DNA of 62,942 bases from Halanaerobiales bacterium (lineage in GTDB: Bacteria > Bacillota > Halanaerobiia > B1SED10-174). Where the stretch lies: positions 1 through 62,942 of the forward strand of contig PUNT01000277.1 of the NCBI GenBank assembly GCA_003551905.1, given 5' to 3'. Below the pieces are notes generated by a model. The model had not been told where the DNA came from, did not search any database, and saw only the letters and a program-made list of their open reading frames with translations. Shown piece by piece: positions 56,556 to 62,942 of this stretch; the first letter of the stretch is position 1, and every line of letters begins with the position of its first letter. The translations under genes were made by a program, and so were the position numbers.

Positions 56556-56641
56556 GAAATATTTTAATCATTTATTTGTTTAGGAGATTTTTCCCGGGAA
56601 AAACTAAAGAATAGAAGAGGTAATCACTAACAACTGAAGGG

Positions 56642-58759
56642 GTGAGAAGACTGAAAAAACGATATGAAGAGAAAAAGGAAAAGCAGCTTTTAGATTTTAC
56701 TATGAATCATGACAAAGAACAGCTTACCACCAATCAGGGAGTTTCTGTTTCCCACACTGATGATTCACTCAAGGCCGGGGACCGGGGCCCCACACTGATG
56801 GAGGATTTCCATTTTCGGGAGAAATTAACTCACTTCGATCATGAGCGCATTCCTGAACGTGTTGTTCATGCCCGGGGCTTTGGTGCCCATGGTTATTTTC
56901 AGGTCTATGAATCCATGGAAGAATACACCATGGCTAAATTCCTACAGGACCCTGCAGTTAAAACTCCTGTCTTTGTCCGTTTTTCCACCGTGGTAGGTTC
57001 CCGGGGGTCAGCAGATACGGTACGGGATGTTCGTGGTTTTGCAACTAAATTTTATACCCAGGATGGAAACTATGATCTGGTTGCCAATAACATGCCTGTC
57101 TTCTTTATTCAGGATGCCATCAAATTTCCGGATATTGTCCATGCCATAAAACCTGAACCGCAGAACGAAATTCCGCAAGCATCAGCAGCTCACGACACTT
57201 TCTGGGATTTTGTAGTTAATACGCCTGAGATTGCCCACATGGTAATGTGGTTGCTTTCTGACAGGGCTATCCCTCGCAGTTATCGTATGATGGAGGGTTT
57301 TGGCGTTAATACTTTCCGCTTCATCAACAAGGAAGGTAAAGCTTGTTTTGTCAAGTTCCACTGGAAACCTTTATTAGGTGTGCATTCCCTGGTTTGGGAT
57401 GAAGCCCAGAAGCTGGCAGGAAAAGATCCTGACTATAATAGACGGGATCTCTGGGATGCCATAAACATGGGGGATTACCCTGAGTATGAATTTGGTGTGC
57501 AGATTTTAGAAGAGGAGGACGAGTTCAAGTTTGATTTTGATATTCTGGATGCTACCAAGTTCTGGCCGGAAGAAGATATACCGGTGAAAATAATCGGTAA
57601 AATGACCTTGAATCGCAACGTGGATAATTTCTTTGCTGAAACAGAGCAGGTTGCTTTCCATCCCGGCAATATGGTGCCGGGCATTGATTTTACCAATGAC
57701 CCCCTGCTTCAGGGACGGCTTTTTTCCTATCTAGACACCCAGCTCATCAGGTTGGGTGGGCCCAATTTCCATGAGATCCCCATTAACCGACCAGTTATTC
57801 CCATTCACAATAATCAGCGAGATGGCTATCACCGCATGACCATTGACCGGGGTACAGTGAGCTACTCACCCAATTCAATTCAGGACAATGCACCGGAGCC
57901 CTTACCGGAGCAGGGTTATACCCATCATGCTGAAAAGGTGGAAGGCTGGAAGGTGCGGGCACGCAGTGAAAGCTTCAATGATCACTACAGCCAGGCTGCA
58001 CTGTTTTGGAACAGTATGTCCAGTGCAGAAAGACAGCATATTGTAGAGGCTTTCCATTTTGAGGTGGGCAACGTTAAGGACCAGGATATCAGGCAGCGTG
58101 TTGTGGACATGTTTAACAATGTAGATGGAGAACTGGCCATTCAGATAGCTGAGGGGATTGGTGTAGAGCCACCCAAAACATTCGGAGGTAGTGGGGTAAC
58201 AGCATCTTCGCCTGCTGTCAGCCAGGAGAATACCATTATGGTACCACAAACCAGGAAAGTTGCCATTCTGCTGGAGGAAGGGTTTAATTTCAATGAAACA
58301 ATGCAGGTTATGGATGTTTTGAAAAAAGAGCGTGTTCATACGGAGATTGTCAGCAAAAATCTTGGTATGCTCAAGAGTAAAGAAGGTCAGGAGCTGAATG
58401 TGGGAAAAAACTACTTCACAACCGCGTCTATAATGTATGATGCAGTTTACATCCCCGGTGGACTGCAAAATGTGGAAACACTGAAAACCCAGGGCGATGC
58501 TCTGCATTTTGTCAACGAAGCATTTAAACATGCCAAGGCTCTTGGGGCCAGTAATGAAGGTGTGGATCTATTATTGGCTTCAGAAATACAGGGTATTGAA
58601 ATGGCCGGTAAGGATGATGATAGGGTTGTTACAGATTTAGGTGTTGTGACCGTGGAAAATTCCAAGGATTTCAGGGAGTTCAGCAAGAAATTTATTGCTG
58701 CAATAGCCCAGCACCGTCATTGGATGAGACAACCCAAAAAAGAGATGGTACCTGCTTAG
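56642..58759 (+). CDS. katE: Large-subunit (HPII-type) catalase with a C-terminal DJ-1/PfpI-like domain
   Basis: 705 aa. [20 protein letters not shown](V)GSRGSADT, the proximal-Tyr region RLFSYLDTQ and a roughly 150-aa C-terminal extension. The start is uncertain (GTG 56642 or ATG 56702). Confidence 0.9.
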   Translation: MRRLKKRYEEKKEKQLLDFTMNHDKEQLTTNQGVSVSHTDDSLKAGDRGPTLMEDFHFREKLTHFDHERIPERVVHARGFGAHGYFQVYESMEEYTMAKFLQDPAVKTPVFVRFSTVVGSRGSADTVRDVRGFATKFYTQDGNYDLVANNMPVFFIQDAIKFPDIVHAIKPEPQNEIPQASAAHDTFWDFVVNTPEIAHMVMWLLSDRAIPRSYRMMEGFGVNTFRFINKEGKACFVKFHWKPLLGVHSLVWDEAQKLAGKDPDYNRRDLWDAINMGDYPEYEFGVQILEEEDEFKFDFDILDATKFWPEEDIPVKIIGKMTLNRNVDNFFAETEQVAFHPGNMVPGIDFTNDPLLQGRLFSYLDTQLIRLGGPNFHEIPINRPVIPIHNNQRDGYHRMTIDRGTVSYSPNSIQDNAPEPLPEQGYTHHAEKVEGWKVRARSESFNDHYSQAALFWNSMSSAERQHIVEAFHFEVGNVKDQDIRQRVVDMFNNVDGELAIQIAEGIGVEPPKTFGGSGVTASSPAVSQENTIMVPQTRKVAILLEEGFNFNETMQVMDVLKKERVHTEIVSKNLGMLKSKEGQELNVGKNYFTTASIMYDAVYIPGGLQNVETLKTQGDALHFVNEAFKHAKALGASNEGVDLLLASEIQGIEMAGKDDDRVVTDLGVVTVENSKDFREFSKKFIAAIAQHRHWMRQPKKEMVPA

Positions 58760-58788
58760 AAAAGCCCGGGATGAGGTCCCGGGCTTTT
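58760..58788. terminator. Bidirectional rho-independent terminator between katE and the convergent metal ABC operon
   Basis: AAAAGCCCGGGA-TGAGG-TCCCGGGCTTTT. Confidence 0.7.
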
Positions 58789-59640
58789 CTATACTTTAGA
58801 TCTGTTCCGGAAGAACAGGCCCTGACTGGGTGAGAAAAGAAAGGCCAGGAGGAAAAAGAAGCTGGCTATGAGGACCATTACTGCTCCAGTGGCCAGGTTG
58901 AAATAATAGGATAGGTATAAGCCAGTAATTGCCGAAAGATTACCGAATACCAGGGACAGAACCATCATCTTTTTCAATTCATAGGTGAGGAGAAATCCGG
59001 TGGCCCCGGGGGTAATGAGCATGGCGATAACCATTACAATACCTACTGTTCTCAGTGAGGCCACAATGGTAGCTGTGAGAAGGAGCATCATTAGATAATG
59101 TAAAAAGTTAACTGGCAGTCCGGCTACCTGGGCAGCAGTTGGATCAAAAGTCCAGAAAGTTATGGCCCGAAACAGAAAATATAGTGTGCCAACCACCATT
59201 ATGCCTGTTATTACAGTTAAGAGAAAATCCTCACTGGTAACAGTGAGAATGTTGCCAAAGAGGATATTGTAGAGGTTCACCCGGCCCCGAATGGAAGTGA
59301 TGAGAGCCACACCAAGGGCAAAGGCTCCGGTAAAAACGATACCCATGGCAGAATCTTCTTTAATGCGGCTATTTTTCTGGATGTAGCCCATGGCCAGAGC
59401 TGATAACAGACCTGTGAACAGGGCTCCAGTGAAGTAAGGCAGGCCCAGGATATAGGAAAAAGCTACTCCTGGCAGCACAGAATGAGAGATGGCATCTCCG
59501 AGCAATGCCCAACGTTTCACCACTAAAAAACAGCTCAATAATGAACAGATGCTGCCCACAATTATTCCAGTTATGAGGGCCAGGCGCATGAATTCATAAT
59601 ATATAAATGGTTCGGTCAGGATTCTCAATAGGCCAGGCAT
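58789..59640 (-). CDS. Metal (Mn/Zn-type) ABC transporter permease
   Basis: 283 aa, ABC-3 family pattern (ALLGDAISHSVLPGVA). It overlaps the ATPase gene. Confidence 0.9.
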   Translation of the reverse strand: MPGLLRILTEPFIYYEFMRLALITGIIVGSICSLLSCFLVVKRWALLGDAISHSVLPGVAFSYILGLPYFTGALFTGLLSALAMGYIQKNSRIKEDSAMGIVFTGAFALGVALITSIRGRVNLYNILFGNILTVTSEDFLLTVITGIMVVGTLYFLFRAITFWTFDPTAAQVAGLPVNFLHYLMMLLLTATIVASLRTVGIVMVIAMLITPGATGFLLTYELKKMMVLSLVFGNLSAITGLYLSYYFNLATGAVMVLIASFFFLLAFLFSPSQGLFFRNRSKV

Positions 59641-60389
59641 TTTTCTCCTTTCTCCACTCTTTCTTCAGAATTTTGCTCTAGTTTTTCCCGGTAAGCCTCC
59701 TGGATAAAGCCATTTTTGAAGACCTCCAAGGTTGGTCCAAATGCAATAAGTTCCCGGTTTAAGAGCAGGGTCAGGTCGAAGCTGGAATACACTTCGTTGA
59801 GTTTGTGATGAACAATAATTATGGTTTTGCCCTGTTTTCTTAAAGCCTGGATATATTCCATGATTATTTTCTCTGTGGTTGCATCAACGCCGTTGAAGGG
59901 TTCATCCAGGAGGTAGAGATCTGCCCTCCTGGCCAGTGCTCTGGCTAAAAATACTCGCTGCTTTTGCCCCCCTGAGAGCTGGCCAATAGGTCTATTGGCT
60001 ATTGCAGTGAGGCCCATTTTGGCCAGGGATTCTTCCACTATTTCAACATCATTACTACCCAGGGCTCGCAGGATGTTTCCCGGCTTCAGGCGCCCCATGG
60101 CTACAGCCTCCCAGACCAGAAGGGGATAATGCCAGTCTACCTCTTCCTTCTGTGGCACATAAGCCACATGATTGCGAACCCGGGCAAAGGGCTGGCCCAT
60201 GACTTTGACTATGCCCTTTTGCCTGGGAAGCAGTTCTAGAACAGCTTTTATCAAAGTTGTTTTACCGGAACCATTGGGACCTATGATGGCAGTTACCTGC
60301 TCAAAGGGTATTTCAGCACTTATGTTGGAGATGGCAGGGATCCCACCATAATTGACAGTAAGGTCTTTTATATCCAGTGCTGCTTTCAT
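59625..60389 (-). CDS. Metal ABC transporter ATP-binding protein
   Basis: 254 aa. Walker A GPNGSGKTT, signature LSGGQKQR and Walker B LLDEPFNG. Confidence 0.9.
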   Translation of the reverse strand: MKAALDIKDLTVNYGGIPAISNISAEIPFEQVTAIIGPNGSGKTTLIKAVLELLPRQKGIVKVMGQPFARVRNHVAYVPQKEEVDWHYPLLVWEAVAMGRLKPGNILRALGSNDVEIVEESLAKMGLTAIANRPIGQLSGGQKQRVFLARALARRADLYLLDEPFNGVDATTEKIIMEYIQALRKQGKTIIIVHHKLNEVYSSFDLTLLLNRELIAFGPTLEVFKNGFIQEAYREKLEQNSEERVEKGEKCLAY

Positions 60390-61337
60390 TTAATCAGACT
60401 CCTTTCCAGTCAGAGCCTCAACCATTTGCTCCACATTGCTCCTCATCATCTTGATGTAAGTTTCTCCTCCCTCACCAGGCTGGCTGAGTGAATCAGAATA
60501 GAGGATACCACCAATGGGTATGCCTGTTTCCCTGGAAACCCTTTCCATAGGGCGGTGATCTACCTGATTTTCAACAAACACACTGGGAGCATTAACCTTC
60601 CTTAAAACGTCTATGATGCGTATAATCTGAGCTGGTGTCCCTTCCTCCGGGGCATTTATGGTCCAGATGGCATCGTGGAAAAAACCATATGTTCTAGCAA
60701 AATATTGAAAGCAAAGTTCGCTGGTAATGAGAACACGTTTTGAATGAGGAATCTTTTCCACCTGTTCTTTTATCCAGGAATTTAAGTCATCTAATTCTCT
60801 CACATACTTTTGAGTTCTTGCCTTGAAGTAATCTCTGTTTTCCGGACTGGCATCAGCCAGTATTGAATAGATTTTTTGCACATAGATGATAGCATTTTTT
60901 ACATCCGTCCACACATGAGGATCAGGATCTCCAGCAAAGGGACCTTCTGGCAGTGGGATGGTCTCAATTTCCTCCTGTTCAGCCAGGGCATAAAAATTCT
61001 CCCTGCTGGCAAAATCACTTATTATGCTGGGCAACCAGCGTTCCATGTTGTGCCCGTTGTAGATGAATACTGCTGCATCATTAATGGCCCGGATGTCTGC
61101 AGGTACTGGCTCATAGTCCTCAGGTTCTACACCAACAGGAATCAGGGCTGTTACTTGAATGTGTTCTCCCCCAACCTGGCTGACCATATCTTCAAAGAAT
61201 GAAAGGGTAACAACCACCTGCAGTATTTCTGAATCTGTTCCTGCTTTATCATTTTTACTGCATCCTATTGTCAGGACAAAAAAGGTACAGCAGAAAAAAA
61301 CTAGAATTGCAACAAACTTAGATTTTTGCTTTTTCAT
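60390..61337 (-). CDS. Metal ABC transporter substrate-binding lipoprotein (cluster A-I/TroA-like)
   Basis: 315 aa. Lipobox LTIGC. DPHVW motif. Adjacent to the ATPase and permease genes. Confidence 0.9.
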   Translation of the reverse strand: MKKQKSKFVAILVFFCCTFFVLTIGCSKNDKAGTDSEILQVVVTLSFFEDMVSQVGGEHIQVTALIPVGVEPEDYEPVPADIRAINDAAVFIYNGHNMERWLPSIISDFASRENFYALAEQEEIETIPLPEGPFAGDPDPHVWTDVKNAIIYVQKIYSILADASPENRDYFKARTQKYVRELDDLNSWIKEQVEKIPHSKRVLITSELCFQYFARTYGFFHDAIWTINAPEEGTPAQIIRIIDVLRKVNAPSVFVENQVDHRPMERVSRETGIPIGGILYSDSLSQPGEGGETYIKMMRSNVEQMVEALTGKESD

Positions 61338-61426
61338 TTACTTCACCCCCGGCTATATTACTCATGAGTAGTTTATGCCTTTGCCGGGGTTCATGTTAAT
61401 AGCGGCTAAAAAAATAAGCCCTGTCT

Positions 61427-61909
61427 TTATTCCAGGTTTTTTCTGCAGTATTCCTGGAATGGTTTGAACCAGGCAGGATTTTTTTCAATATACTCAACCA
61501 GCAAGTACAAACATTGTGTGGCTTCCGGGGTGAGATTATGCTCGATTCGTTCTACATTTTTTAAAAGCCCCCTGGAGACACCAATAGCCTGAAAGAATTT
61601 TTCCAGCATGTGGTGTCGCTTGAGGAGGAAACGGCTAATTTTTTCCCCAGCCTCAGTTAGAATGATGACACCATATTTTTCATAACGTATTAGCTGACGT
61701 TCATGGAGCCTTTGAATCATACTGGTCACCGAGGGGGGCTTGACGTTTAGAGCCCTGGCCAGATCGTTGACCCGGGTGAAACCATTTTTTTCTGACAGAC
61801 GGTAGACCATTTCCAGGTAGTCCTCCATGCTGGGAGTTAGGGTTTTTTTCTGCCGGGCATCCAGATCATAACCGCGAAAGGTCCGGAATTCCTCTTTTCC
61901 GATTTTCAT
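61427..61909 (-). CDS. mntR: Manganese-dependent transcriptional regulator, DtxR/MntR family
   Basis: 160 aa. TPSMEDYLEMVYRLSEKNGFTRVNDLARALNVKPPSVTSMIQRL aligns closely with B. subtilis MntR as I recall it. AGGAGG lies 8 nt upstream of the ATG. Confidence 0.85.
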   Translation of the reverse strand: MKIGKEEFRTFRGYDLDARQKKTLTPSMEDYLEMVYRLSEKNGFTRVNDLARALNVKPPSVTSMIQRLHERQLIRYEKYGVIILTEAGEKISRFLLKRHHMLEKFFQAIGVSRGLLKNVERIEHNLTPEATQCLYLLVEYIEKNPAWFKPFQEYCRKNLE

Positions 61910-62120
61910 AATCAGGCCTCCTGAGTTTAATTTTAGTAAATTCTATGCTTATTTCTGCCAGCTTAAGATAATGAGGAGGCCAGGCATGGAGGAAAAAAAA
62001 TTAATTTATTTTGCTAGCAGGTAAAGGGGAATTTTGTTTTGTGTAGAAGAGAACTCTTCAGGTACTGGAAAAAAATTCAAGCCAATTTCAAAATATTCAG
62101 AGAAAGGCAGTGGCATTGAA

Positions 62121-62942
62121 GTGGCAAAAAAAAGTGTTAGTGTAGCCCGGCGAACAGGCTTGCTGGTAGGAAGTTTCCTGGTTTTATTAATGCTTTTGAT
62201 TTGTATTGAGCGTTATAATTTTGCCAGTAACGTGCTTTTGCAGGAGAATATTTCGCAAATGGAAGTAATTGTTCTTGATATGGAAGTTATGGTACTGCAT
62301 TGTTATGCCCGTATTGACATGGAGGGGAAGGACACTCCTCTGAAGGAAGGATTAGCAGTGCTGAAAAACTGCCTGGAACAATTATATAGAGAAGCATCTT
62401 TAAAGACGGAAGGAATCATCCTGGGGTTTTTAATAAGTGGAGGCATGGACAGTGAGAGCATTGTCTGTGGCAACAATTCAAACCCGGGGCCGGACCCAGG
62501 CAAAATCTTTTCTCTTCTATGGGAGAAGAACGAGAACAGCTTTATTAATGACGGTGAAGATGGGGAAATCATTTTTATCAGTAGATTGGTTCGTTTTAGC
62601 GGTGAAGAAGCAGGTCTGGTCTGGGCAACCCTCCCTTTTACCAATTATCAGCAAAAGCTGTGGAATAATCTCATGTATTTTCTGGTGCCTGCTGTGTTCA
62701 TAATTATTATCAGCCTGATTTTCGCCTCCTATATTTCTTTTTGGATCCGCAAGATTGCAGAAAATTTTGGTAAAAAAGTGGATGCTTTCAGTGCCAATCC
62801 TGTTGTTTATGAAGTTCATGGAGATCTATCTAAGGAGGTACCGCAAGAATTTAAGCCCCTTCTACATAAGCATAACAATATGGCTTTATATATACAGGAT
62901 CTATTGAAACAGCTCTCCATTTCTGTTCGAACCCTAGCTCTG
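62121..62942 (+). CDS. Membrane sensor protein, N-terminal part (TM, extracytoplasmic domain, TM, HAMP-like linker); runs off the window
   Basis: The frame is open from the GTG at 62121 to the window end and is not in the ORF track because it has no stop. TM1 is LLVGSFLVLLMLLICI and TM2 is MYFLVPAVFIIIISLIFASYISFW, followed by RKIAENFGKKV. It could be a histidine kinase or a chemoreceptor. Confidence 0.45.
   Translation, partial: MAKKSVSVARRTGLLVGSFLVLLMLLICIERYNFASNVLLQENISQMEVIVLDMEVMVLHCYARIDMEGKDTPLKEGLAVLKNCLEQLYREASLKTEGIILGFLISGGMDSESIVCGNNSNPGPDPGKIFSLLWEKNENSFINDGEDGEIIFISRLVRFSGEEAGLVWATLPFTNYQQKLWNNLMYFLVPAVFIIIISLIFASYISFWIRKIAENFGKKVDAFSANPVVYEVHGDLSKEVPQEFKPLLHKHNNMALYIQDLLKQLSISVRTLAL

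Noticed and set aside
61925-61981. A GGCCTCCT ... AGGAGGCC inverted repeat flanking the mntR upstream region was considered as a large hairpin or operator.
   Set aside because: The two arms are simply the Shine-Dalgarno regions of divergent reading frames (mntR on the minus strand and the tiny ORF on the plus strand). The loop is about 50 nt.
1-62942. The window was scanned for CRISPR arrays, rRNA genes, IS elements, and long direct or inverted repeats.
   Set aside because: No regularly spaced repeats beyond the short fic-upstream set were seen, and no transposase-like ORFs or rRNA-like sequence were recognised. A visual scan cannot exclude dispersed repeats, so a self-alignment (dot plot) would be needed.

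Overview
The window looks like a chromosomal segment from a spore-forming Firmicute, probably class Clostridia. This rests on YtrH/YtrI sporulation proteins, CotF-like coat proteins and Bacillus-like synteny (ytoI-ytrI-ytrH-dnaE, then pfkA and pyk). GC content looks moderate by eye and was not computed. Coding density is high. Housekeeping genes include gatA (partial), gatB, rlmD-like, speB, dnaE, aspA, pfkA, pyk, an ABC-F ATPase and tRNA-Leu(CAA). Several accessory blocks sit between them. (1) A Fic / degraded ORFs / MazG islet at 3.4-5.7 kb. (2) A translationally coupled four-gene operon at 5.8-8.7 kb: three paralogues of a GT-D (DUF1792)-like protein plus a GT2 glycosyltransferase, followed by a stand-alone GltB-domain-2-like FMN protein and a ferredoxin. 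(3) A PadR-regulated heterodimeric ABC exporter. (4) A MoxR-DUF58-DUF4129 operon, divergent from a GNAT gene and a 748-aa ORF that are separated by a single in-frame TGA. (5) An 8.5-kb block between pfkA and pyk: a GAFTGA-less bEBP-type regulator, a LysO-like permease, a P-loop protein, kamD/kamE, CoA-transferase A/B and a thiolase. (6) After the tRNA-Leu, a block with CotF-like genes, a large-subunit catalase and mntR plus a metal ABC importer. The strongest sequence-level observation is an Spx/ArsC-family gene at 17119..17478. Its in-frame TGA falls exactly on the first Cys of the CxxC motif and is followed by a SECIS-like hairpin, so it is a probable selenoprotein that a standard ORF track truncates. 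The best candidate for an undescribed system is the GT-D-like triad plus GT2 operon. No CRISPR array, rRNA gene, intact transposase or integrase was seen. All family assignments come from reading motifs by eye and need HMM or BLAST confirmation.
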